DNA of 27,472 nucleotides from Burkholderiaceae bacterium (GCA_039921765.1 JBDSBD010000152.1:1-27472), one strand, 5' to 3'; numbered from the stretch's first letter, positions 8,197 through 15,877 are shown. The notes: generated by a model not told the origin, from the sequence alone. Numbers and translations are program-made.

Positions 8197-9035
8197 GCGC
8201 GACGATGGAGGCGCTGGCCCGCGCGCCCGCCGCCCGGCATGCCGACACCGCGGCCCGGGGCGTCGCCGTTCACATCGAAGGCGTCACCAAGATCTATGAG
8301 ACGCGCCAGGGCGACGAGATCCTCGCGCTCGACCGCACCGACCTCGTCATCGAACCGTCGGAGTTTGTTGCCGTGGTCGGGCCCAGCGGGTGCGGCAAGA
8401 GCACGCTGCTGAGCCTGATCGCAGGGTTGATCCCGGTGACGTCGGGGCGCATCTTGCTTGATGCCGCCGAGGTGACGCGTCCGCACCCGAAGACCGGCGT
8501 GGTGTTCCAGTCCGACCTGCTGCTGCCATGGCGCACGGTCACCGACAACATTCTGCTGCCCATCGAGGTCAAGCGGCGCCGCAATGCCGAGTACCTGCCG
8601 CGCGTGGAACAGCTGCTCGAACAGGTGGGACTGCAGGGTTTCGGCAGCAAGTACCCGACCGAGCTGTCGGGCGGCATGCGCCAGCGCGTGGCGATCTGTC
8701 GCGCCCTCGTGCAGCAGCCCGGCCTGCTGCTGATGGACGAGCCGTTCGGCGCGCTCGACGCGCTGACGCGCGAACAGATGATCATGGACCTGCAGGCCAT
8801 GTGGCTGTCGGAGGGCAACACGGTGCTGTTCATCACGCACGGCATCGAAGAGGCGATCTTCCTGGCCGACCGCGTCATCGTGATGTCGCCGCGCCCGGGC
8901 CGCGTCGACCTGTCACTGAAGATCGACATCGAGCGGCCGCGCCGCTGGAAGGATCACACCGATCCGCGCTTCCTCGGCTATGTGGCGCAGGTGCGCGAGA
9001 TCTTCGAGGCCAAGGGCGTCCTCACCGAACGCTGA
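8193..9035 (+). CDS. ABC transporter ATP-binding protein (NitT/TauT family)
   Basis: Walker A GPSGCGKS, signature LSGGMRQR, Walker B LLMDEPFGALD, H-loop FITH. ATGA overlap with the permease stop. Confidence 0.95.
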   Translation: MSATMEALARAPAARHADTAARGVAVHIEGVTKIYETRQGDEILALDRTDLVIEPSEFVAVVGPSGCGKSTLLSLIAGLIPVTSGRILLDAAEVTRPHPKTGVVFQSDLLLPWRTVTDNILLPIEVKRRRNAEYLPRVEQLLEQVGLQGFGSKYPTELSGGMRQRVAICRALVQQPGLLLMDEPFGALDALTREQMIMDLQAMWLSEGNTVLFITHGIEEAIFLADRVIVMSPRPGRVDLSLKIDIERPRRWKDHTDPRFLGYVAQVREIFEAKGVLTER

Positions 9036-9058
9036 CCGGTTCGACGGAGCAGAACAAC

Positions 9059-10156
9059 ATGCACATTGCCATCATCGGAGCCGGCGCGGGCGGTGCCGCC
9101 GCCGTCGCCGAACTCACGCTGGCCGGCCATCTGGTGACGCTGTGGAACCGCTCGGCGCAGACACTCGCGCCGTTCCAGGCGCTCGGCGGCGTGGCCTATG
9201 ACGGCGTGTTCGGTGAAGGCGTCGCGCGGCCGCGCTTGATCACCGCGGATCTCGCGCAGGCGATCACCGGCGCCGACGCAATCCTGGTGTGCCTGCCGAC
9301 GTTCTCGCATGCGGCGGTGGCACGCGCGCTGGCCGAGATCGGCGCGACGACGCTGCCGGTCGTGCTCAACCCCGGGCACACCGGCGGGGCGCTCGAATTC
9401 CGCCAGGCCTTTCGCGACGTGCGCGCCGACGTGCCGCCGGTGGCCGAGTTCTCGACGCTGACCTACGTGGCACGCAAGAACCGCCCCGACTGCGTCAGCA
9501 TCACCGGCGCGGCCAAGAAGATCCGCATCGCCGCACTGCCCGGCGGCGAGGCCGCGGCGCAGGCCGGGGCCGAGCTGTACCGCGGCGCGACGCTGATGTC
9601 CGACGTGCTGGCGTGCGACCTGTCCAACGTCAACATGGTGCTGCACCCGCCGGGCGCGGTGCTCGGTGCCGCCTGGGTCGAAGCGACCGGCGGTGAATTC
9701 ACGTTCTACGTCGAGGCAATGACGCCCGGCGTGGCGCGCGTGATGCGAACGCTCGACGACGAGCGTCGCGCGGTGGCGCGCGCCTTCGGCCACGATCTGC
9801 CGTCGCTGATCGAGGAGATGCAGGCGCTGGGCACCGTCGAGGCGTCGGTGCGCGACCTGACCGATCTGGTTGGCGCGATCTCTTCGGGCAAGGCCAACCG
9901 GCGCATCAAGGGACCCGATTCGCTGCAGCACCGCTATTACCTCGAAGATTTCGGCCACGGGCTGCTGCCGTTCCTGGCGCTGGCCGCGGCGGCGCAGGTC
10001 GCGGTGCCGGTGGCCGATTCGCTGTTCAAGCTCGGTGAATCGCTGACCGGCAACGACTACAGCGCGCGCGGCCGCACGGCGGCGCGCATGGGCATCGCCG
10101 GCCTCGACCGGCAAGGCGTGATGAATTGCGTCAGGGGGACTGCCAGTGAGTGTTGA
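9059..10156 (+). CDS. NAD(P)-dependent opine (octopine/nopaline) dehydrogenase-family protein
   Basis: Start MHIAIIGAGAGG (Rossmann GxGxxG) followed by WNRS. C-terminal family motifs NMVLHPPG, FYVEAM, RYYLEDFGHGL. Confidence 0.85.
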   Translation: MHIAIIGAGAGGAAAVAELTLAGHLVTLWNRSAQTLAPFQALGGVAYDGVFGEGVARPRLITADLAQAITGADAILVCLPTFSHAAVARALAEIGATTLPVVLNPGHTGGALEFRQAFRDVRADVPPVAEFSTLTYVARKNRPDCVSITGAAKKIRIAALPGGEAAAQAGAELYRGATLMSDVLACDLSNVNMVLHPPGAVLGAAWVEATGGEFTFYVEAMTPGVARVMRTLDDERRAVARAFGHDLPSLIEEMQALGTVEASVRDLTDLVGAISSGKANRRIKGPDSLQHRYYLEDFGHGLLPFLALAAAAQVAVPVADSLFKLGESLTGNDYSARGRTAARMGIAGLDRQGVMNCVRGTASEC

Positions 10157-11057
10157 TCCATCGAAGGTCGACTGGAGCCAGTGCGTCATCGCGGTGGTGG
10201 GCGGAGACAAGCGCGAACAGGAGATCGCCCGCCTCGCCGCCGCCACCGGCGCCCGCGTGCGCGCCCACGGCTTTCCGTGGCCCGACGCCGGGATTGCGGG
10301 CGTCACGCACGCGAGCGATGCGGCAGCGGCGTTGAAGGGCGCGCGGATCGCGCTGTTCCCGATCCCCGGCATCGCCGCCAGCGGCGCGCTGTTCGCGCCC
10401 GCCGCGCCGACGCCCATCATTCCCGACGTCGCGATGCTTCGCGGCATGCAGTCGCCGGCCCACATCATCCTCGGCTGGGGCGACGCGAATCTGAAGGCGC
10501 ACGCGCAGACGCTGGGCATCGATCTGCACGAGTACGAGTGGGACCAGGACCTGATGCTGCTGCGCGGGCCGGCCATCGTCGAGGGCCTGCTGAAGATCGT
10601 CATCGAGAACACCGCGATCACCATCCACAAGGCGCGCGTGTGCGTGGTCGGCCAGGGCACCATCGGCTTCCTGCTGACGCGCTACCTCGTCGCGCTCGGG
10701 GCGCAGGTGCATGTGGCGGCGCGCAACCCGGTGCAGCGCGCTGCGGCCTATGCGGCCTGCGCGACGGTGCATGCGCTGGACGAGTTGCCGGCGCTGGCCG
10801 GCGACCTCGACATGCTGTTCTCGTCCGTGCCGCAGCGCGTGGTCGGACGCAATGTGCTCGAGCGCCTGCGTCCGGACGCCTTGATCATCGACCTGGCGGC
10901 GCCGCCGGGTGGCGTCGACTTCGAGGCGGCGAAGGAGCTTGGGTTGAAGGCGCTGTGGACGCGTGGCCTCGGCAGCCGTGCGCCGGTCACGGTGGGTGCC
11001 AGCCAATGGTCGGGCATCCGCCCGCGCATCGAGAAAATTCTTGGAGGTCAAAGATGA
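10146..11057 (+). CDS. Dipicolinate synthase subunit A (SpoVFA/DpaA)-like NAD(P)-binding oxidoreductase
   Basis: Colinear similarity to B. subtilis SpoVFA as I recall it: IAVVGGDKREQEI, TIHKARVCVVGQG, ALGAQVHVAAR, IIDLAAPPGGVDFEAAKELGLKAL. GTG start with AGGGGA RBS. Confidence 0.85.
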   Translation: MSVDPSKVDWSQCVIAVVGGDKREQEIARLAAATGARVRAHGFPWPDAGIAGVTHASDAAAALKGARIALFPIPGIAASGALFAPAAPTPIIPDVAMLRGMQSPAHIILGWGDANLKAHAQTLGIDLHEYEWDQDLMLLRGPAIVEGLLKIVIENTAITIHKARVCVVGQGTIGFLLTRYLVALGAQVHVAARNPVQRAAAYAACATVHALDELPALAGDLDMLFSSVPQRVVGRNVLERLRPDALIIDLAAPPGGVDFEAAKELGLKALWTRGLGSRAPVTVGASQWSGIRPRIEKILGGQR

Positions 11058-12397
11058 AACGCGATCTGGTGATTCGAAACGCTCGCATGGTCGACCACGA
11101 AGGGGAATTCTTCGGCGGCATCGCGGTGCACGAAGGCCGCATCGTGATGACCGGCAACAACGACTCGTTGCCCCAGGGCCACCGCGAGATCGATGCGCAA
11201 GGGCGCGTGGTGATGCCGGGCGTGGTCGACCCGCACTGCCACCTTGGCGTGAACTACCCGTACAACGAGGACATGCGCACCGAGACGGCCGCGGCGGCCA
11301 GCGGCGGCGTGACCACCGTGCTGCTGTACATCCGCAACAAGGCCGGCTCCTATATTCCGTTCTACAAGGATCGGCGTGCGGTGGGTGAAGAGAACTCGAT
11401 GATCGATTTCGGGTTCCACTTCGGCATCCAGCGTGAAGACCACATCCACGAGATTCCGCAGATCGTCGAGCAGACCGGCGTGCGTTCGTTCAAGTGCTAC
11501 TTCGGCTACGAGACCGACAACCCGATCGGCATCGTGCCGGCGACCGACGGCTGGGTCTACGCGGCGATGCGCCACCTCGTCAAGATCCCGGGCGGCGTGC
11601 TGAGCGTGCACTGCGAAAACACCGGCATCGCGACCTGGCTCAAGGACGAGCTGATGGCCACCGGTCGCCAGGATCTGGGCGCCTACACCGAATCGCGCCC
11701 GGCCTTCTGCGAGGAAGAAACCATCAAGCGCATGTTGTTCCTCGCCGAGCGCACGAAGTGCCCGCTGCACATGGTGCACACCTCCGTCGGCCAGGGGCCG
11801 GTCCTGGCCGCCGAAGCGCGCGGGCGCGGCATCGACGTGACCGTCGAGACCTGCCCGCACTACCTGACGCGCACCTGCTACGACGCAGACCTGGACATGA
11901 CCGCCAAGATCTCACCGCCGCTGCGCGACCGCAGCGAGCTGGAAGGCCTGTGGCGAGGCATGCTCGACGGCACCGTCTACAGCCTCGGGACCGACCATGT
12001 TCCGTTCTTTCCCAAGAAGGGTGAAGACCTGTGGAAGGAAGTGCCGGGCGTCGTGTGCTTCCCGTGGGAACTGCCGCTGATGCTGCACTTCGGCGTGCAC
12101 GAGCGCGGCCTGTCGCTGTCGCGGCTGGTGCAGCTCAATTCGTATCACCCGGCGCGCCGCTTCGGCCTGTGGCCGCACAAGGGCTCGCTGCAGGCGGGCG
12201 CCGATGCCGACCTGGTGATGGTCGACATGGACGAAGAGCGCACCGTCCACCACACCGGGAACGGCCTGTGCATCTACGAAGGCTGGAAGCTCAAGGGCTG
12301 GCCTGTGATGACGGTGTCGCGCGGCGACATCGTCTACGAGAACGGACAGGTCGTCGAACGCTTCGGCGGCGGCGCGTGCGTCACCCGCCCGAAATGA
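11054..12397 (+). CDS. Cyclic amidohydrolase (dihydropyrimidinase/hydantoinase/allantoinase-like binuclear metalloenzyme)
   Basis: DPHCH (HxH), FKCYF (carboxylatable Lys), VHCEN, MVHTS, SPPLR, GTDH, GADADLV. ATGA overlap with the upstream gene. Confidence 0.9.
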   Translation: MKRDLVIRNARMVDHEGEFFGGIAVHEGRIVMTGNNDSLPQGHREIDAQGRVVMPGVVDPHCHLGVNYPYNEDMRTETAAAASGGVTTVLLYIRNKAGSYIPFYKDRRAVGEENSMIDFGFHFGIQREDHIHEIPQIVEQTGVRSFKCYFGYETDNPIGIVPATDGWVYAAMRHLVKIPGGVLSVHCENTGIATWLKDELMATGRQDLGAYTESRPAFCEEETIKRMLFLAERTKCPLHMVHTSVGQGPVLAAEARGRGIDVTVETCPHYLTRTCYDADLDMTAKISPPLRDRSELEGLWRGMLDGTVYSLGTDHVPFFPKKGEDLWKEVPGVVCFPWELPLMLHFGVHERGLSLSRLVQLNSYHPARRFGLWPHKGSLQAGADADLVMVDMDEERTVHHTGNGLCIYEGWKLKGWPVMTVSRGDIVYENGQVVERFGGGACVTRPK

Positions 12398-13071
12398 ACC
12401 TGGGCTTTCCTGCCGAACAGCGAGCCTCGTATCGCTCGACGGGATGGTGTGTGTCCGCGCAGACCATCCCCGAGTCGGTGGCGGAACCGGCAAGAACGCT
12501 GGCGCGTGAGCTGGTGCGGCGCCGCCCGCGCCAGGACATGCTGTCGGGCGTGCACAACCCGTTCGGCCACCACGCCTGCCCGAACGCAGCCTGGCGCTTT
12601 CTCGACCTCGCTGAAAGCCCCGCACTGCTCGATCCGGTGGAAAGCGTGATGGGTCCGGACCTGGTGCTGTGGGACAGCGAGCTGTACCTCGATCTGTCGG
12701 CGTGGCCGCGCGATGAAGCGCAGCAATGGCCGGTCGATCCGCTTGCCGGCACGGTGGTGTCCATCGATTTCGAGCGCCGGCGCACCGTGCTCATCGACAT
12801 CACCCGGCTGGCCGAGGTGTTCGACGCGATCGCGTTTCTGCCCGGGCCGTGCTACACGGTGCGCTACATGCCGGCGAGCTCGCGCTACAACCGCGACCCG
12901 CGGTTTGGCCCCAACCGGCTCGCCACGCAGCTTCGTCCGCTCGTGAATCACGCCATCCGACCGCTCTGGCTGGTGCGCGGCGAAGATCGCGCCGGCAACG
13001 ATTTCGTGAGCGGCTTCGCGCCGCCCGCCGCGCGCTGGGCCGATGCGGTGCGCCTTCCCCCCGAGCCATAG
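12394..13071 (+). CDS. Degenerate phytanoyl-CoA dioxygenase (PhyH)-fold protein lacking the iron-binding triad
   Basis: FLDLAESPALLDPVESVMGPDLVLWDSELY and YTVRYMPASSRYNRD...RPLWLVRGEDRAGNDF resemble PhyH-family segments. The expected WHQD reads WPRD and no distal His is evident. ATGA overlap with the amidohydrolase stop. Confidence 0.6.
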   Translation: MNLGFPAEQRASYRSTGWCVSAQTIPESVAEPARTLARELVRRRPRQDMLSGVHNPFGHHACPNAAWRFLDLAESPALLDPVESVMGPDLVLWDSELYLDLSAWPRDEAQQWPVDPLAGTVVSIDFERRRTVLIDITRLAEVFDAIAFLPGPCYTVRYMPASSRYNRDPRFGPNRLATQLRPLVNHAIRPLWLVRGEDRAGNDFVSGFAPPAARWADAVRLPPEP

Positions 13072-13086
13072 AAGAGGAGAACCATC

Positions 13087-13287
13087 ATGCCCGTCGTCAC
13101 CGTGCAAATCTGGACCGGCCGCACCACCGAGCAAAAACGCAATCTGGTGGCTGCCATCACCGACGCGATGGTCGTGCACGCCGCGTGCAAACCGGAGCAC
13201 CTGCACGTCATCATCCAGGACGTGCCCAAGGACAGCTGGGGCCGCAACGGCCGCCTCGGCATCGACAACGAACCGGAGGCCAAGTGA
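13087..13287 (+). CDS. 4-oxalocrotonate tautomerase-family protein
   Basis: 66 aa, Met-Pro start (catalytic Pro1), GRTTEQKRNLVAAITDAM, GAGGAG RBS. Confidence 0.92.
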   Translation: MPVVTVQIWTGRTTEQKRNLVAAITDAMVVHAACKPEHLHVIIQDVPKDSWGRNGRLGIDNEPEAK

Positions 13288-14276
13288 TGGCACTCGACGC
13301 ACTCGACCTGAACAAGAGCGCGCTGCTCGTCATCGACCTGCAGAACGCCTTCATCCACGACAAGGGAACGCTGGGGGTGTCCGGGGTCGACACCCAGCGC
13401 CTGTCGTCCATCGTCTCGCCGCTGGCCACGCTGATCAAGCGCTGCCAGGAGGCCGGCATGCCGGTCATCTGGACGATGCAGGAGCACTACGCGGTCGACG
13501 CGCTGCGCAAGCGCAAGAAGCTGGCCGGGCACACCGCGCGGCGCAAGCAGGTGTCGGCGCTGGCGGGCACCTGGGACGAGCAGATCGTCGACGAGCTCAA
13601 GGAGCTGGCCGCGTTCGACCCGTCGCTGGTGATCCGCAAGCACCGCTTCGGCGCGTTCTACGAGACCCGCCTGGAGCAGGTGCTGCGCATGTTCGGCACG
13701 CAGCATCTGTTCGTCGTCGGCGCCACCACCAACGCCTGCGTCGAGACCTCGATCCGCGAAGCCTATCTGCGCGACTACGACGTCGTGGCCGTCAAGGACT
13801 GCATCTCGGGCGTCAACGACGAGTGGGAGCAGACTGCGCAGCAGGTGTGGCAACAGTACTTCTGCGAGCTGCACGGCTCGGCCGACGTGCTCGGCTGGAT
13901 CGACAGGCAACAGGTGCCGCGAACGCTCGGCTACGGCCACATGCTGTTGATGGTCGAGGACGTGGCGCGTTCGACCCGCTTCTACGTCGACCAGCTGGGC
14001 TTCACGATCCGCCCGGCCAAGCCCTTGGCCGACGGCCGACCCTTCACGGCCTTCCACCAGGGTGTGGCGATCGTCGGCGGGCGCGCGCCAGCGCATCGAC
14101 AGGTGGATCACATCGCCTTCGAGGTCAACAACGTGCGCGCGTTGCGTGACAAGCTGAGAAGCTCGGCCGTGCCGTTCGAGCAGGACTTGCACGACGGGCC
14201 CTATGGCTTGACGATCTATGTGACCGATCCCGATGGGGTCCGGATCGAGCTCTACGAGGTGGGTGCCACAGCTTGA
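13287..14276 (+). CDS. Isochorismatase/cysteine hydrolase (RutB-like) fused to a C-terminal VOC/glyoxalase domain
   Basis: Asp-Lys-Cys triad in VIDLQN, RKHRFGAF, GATTNACVE. From about 13930 a VOC domain: GHMLLMVEDVARSTRFYVDQLGF, DHIAFEV, TDPDGVRIELYE. Start overlaps the tautomerase stop (TGATG). Confidence 0.9.
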   Translation: MALDALDLNKSALLVIDLQNAFIHDKGTLGVSGVDTQRLSSIVSPLATLIKRCQEAGMPVIWTMQEHYAVDALRKRKKLAGHTARRKQVSALAGTWDEQIVDELKELAAFDPSLVIRKHRFGAFYETRLEQVLRMFGTQHLFVVGATTNACVETSIREAYLRDYDVVAVKDCISGVNDEWEQTAQQVWQQYFCELHGSADVLGWIDRQQVPRTLGYGHMLLMVEDVARSTRFYVDQLGFTIRPAKPLADGRPFTAFHQGVAIVGGRAPAHRQVDHIAFEVNNVRALRDKLRSSAVPFEQDLHDGPYGLTIYVTDPDGVRIELYEVGATA

Positions 14277-14472
14277 TCCGCTGAACAGCGCTGTGGCGGT
14301 TCGGCCCGCGGTCGTGGCCACCGACGACGTCGATCTGGATCGGGTCCACAACGCACCGCTGCTCCGGGGTCCATGGCCCGAGGCCGCGTCACCCGCCCGA
14401 TCTCCGGGCTGCAGGCGCTGCGGTATCCAACACGGATCGTGATCCTCCCTGCACACGCCCGGCGCTTCAATC

Positions 14473-15528
14473 TCACATGAGTTCTGCGTTGATCGCCGCC
14501 AGCGCCGCGTTGCCCGGGCACAGCTGCGCATCGGTGAGGCGGTTCAGCGGCGCGTCGACGGTGTTCAGGTGGGCATGCAGGTCCTCGGCGTCGCCGTTCA
14601 CGTACAGCAGACCGGTCAGGATCTCGCCACGCGCCTCGAACGCCGCAATGTGGCTCATCGCCGCCAGCCGGTCACCCGCGTCGTAGCCCTGCGCAAGCTT
14701 GCGCAGGCGCAGCACGCTGCCGTCGTGCTGTGTGACCTCGATGACCTCGCCGGGGGCGTACATCGCGGTGATCGGATCGCGCCGCGGCATGAAGTCGAGT
14801 CGGTTGACGGCTTCGTTGTGGGCGCGCACGTAGTCGTAGCTCTTGGTGCTGCCGGCGTGGTTGTTGAAGGCCACGCAGGGGCTGATGACGTCGATCAGCG
14901 CCGCGCCGCGGTGGCGCATCGCGCCCTTGATCAACGGCACGAGCTGCTCCTTGTCGCCTGAGAAGCTGCGTGCCACATAGCCTGCGCCGAGCTGCAGCGC
15001 GAGCGCGGCCAGGTCGATCGCGGAGTCGCTGTTGATGGCGCCCTTCTTGCTCTTGCTGCCGGGGTCGGCGGTGGCCGAGAACTGGCCTTTGGTCAGGCCG
15101 TAGACGCCGTTGTTCTCGACGATGTAGGTCATGTTCACGCCGCGCCGCATCGCGTGTGCAAACTGGCCCAGGCCGATCGACGCCGAGTCGCCGTCGCCGC
15201 TGATGCCCAGATACAGCAGCTCGCGGTTGGCCAGGTTGGCACCGGTCACGACCGAGGGCATGCGCCCGTGCACCGAGTTGAAGCCGTGCGAGTTGCCGAG
15301 AAAATAGTCGGGCGTCTTCGACGAGCAGCCGATGCCCGACAGCTTGGCGACGCGGTGCGGCTCGATGTCGAGCTCCCAGCAGGCCTGCACGAGCGCGGCC
15401 GAGATCGAATCGTGGCCGCAGCCGGCGCACAAGGTGCTGATCTTGCCCTCGTAGTCGCGCCGCGTGAAACCGAGCTTGTTGGCGGGCAGGGTCGGGTGGT
15501 GGAGCTTGGGCTTGGCGAGGTAGGTCAT
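14473..15528 (-). CDS. korB: 2-oxoacid:ferredoxin (acceptor) oxidoreductase subunit beta
   Basis: Start MTYLAKPKLHHP. LCAGCGHD, SGIGCSSK, TPP-binding GDGDSASIG...ENNGVYGLTKGQ. Confidence 0.92.
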   Translation of the reverse strand: MTYLAKPKLHHPTLPANKLGFTRRDYEGKISTLCAGCGHDSISAALVQACWELDIEPHRVAKLSGIGCSSKTPDYFLGNSHGFNSVHGRMPSVVTGANLANRELLYLGISGDGDSASIGLGQFAHAMRRGVNMTYIVENNGVYGLTKGQFSATADPGSKSKKGAINSDSAIDLAALALQLGAGYVARSFSGDKEQLVPLIKGAMRHRGAALIDVISPCVAFNNHAGSTKSYDYVRAHNEAVNRLDFMPRRDPITAMYAPGEVIEVTQHDGSVLRLRKLAQGYDAGDRLAAMSHIAAFEARGEILTGLLYVNGDAEDLHAHLNTVDAPLNRLTDAQLCPGNAALAAINAELM

Positions 15529-15563
15529 GTTGCTCTGCATGTTCGTTTGGCGCGCGCTGCGGA

Positions 15564-15718
15564 CGCCGGGTGGCCGACTACGCTCATGCCCGGGGACAGC
15601 GCCCCGGGCGCTCGCCAGGCACGAACAGTTCTCAGGACTGTTTGTGTCCGGGCTCGCTCCCCCGGAACGGGCTTCGCCCATTCCTCCTCCTTTACTTCGC
15701 TCCGCCGGCCACCCGACG
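15564..15718 (-). repeat. Structured palindromic repeat unit A1 (minus-strand copy, carries a 69-bp nested insert)
   Basis: 15-bp terminal stem 15564-15578/15704-15718 enclosing GGAGCGAAGTAAAGGAGGAGG, hairpin GGAATGGGC-GAA-GCCCGTTCC, GGGGGA and CATGAGCG on the minus strand. Confidence 0.75.
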
Positions 15719-15769
15719 GCTTCGGCCATCCCCCCGCGGAGCTTGCCGTCGAAAAGCGGCGACCGTCGT

Positions 15770-15877
15770 AGATCAGGTCGGTGGGGTGTTCTGTGGAGCG
15801 AAGTAAAGGAGGAGGCGTCGGCCGTAGGCCGGCGACGGGGGACATGAGCGGAACAGAACACCTCGCCGGCCTGATCT
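15770..15877 (+). repeat. Structured palindromic repeat unit A2 (plus-strand copy)
   Basis: 25-bp terminal stem 15770-15794/15853-15877 (three G-T wobbles, no true mismatch) enclosing GGAGCGAAGTAAAGGAGGAGG (15795-15815), hairpin CGTCGGCC-GTA-GGCCGGCG, GGGGGA and CATGAGCG. Confidence 0.78.

Noticed and set aside
11054-12397. Biosynthetic dihydroorotase (pyrC)
   Set aside because: Lacks the HxRxP substrate-binding Arg (reads DPHCHLG) and sits in a catabolic operon.
13069-13089. Read-through fusion of the PhyH-like protein with the tautomerase (TAG is in frame with the ATG 15 nt later)
   Set aside because: One-in-three chance. The tautomerase has its own GAGGAG RBS and needs a free N-terminal Pro.
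14277-14472. Island boundary or att site between the catabolic cluster and korB
   Set aside because: No direct repeat, tRNA fragment, integrase or clear terminator could be identified.
3266-14531. Long antisense or alternate-frame ORFs (e.g. 3266-4789, 5688-7187, 8978-10663, 12948-14531)
   Set aside because: Shadow ORFs expected in high-GC coding DNA; Arg/Ala/Gly-rich with no motifs and overlapping well-supported genes.
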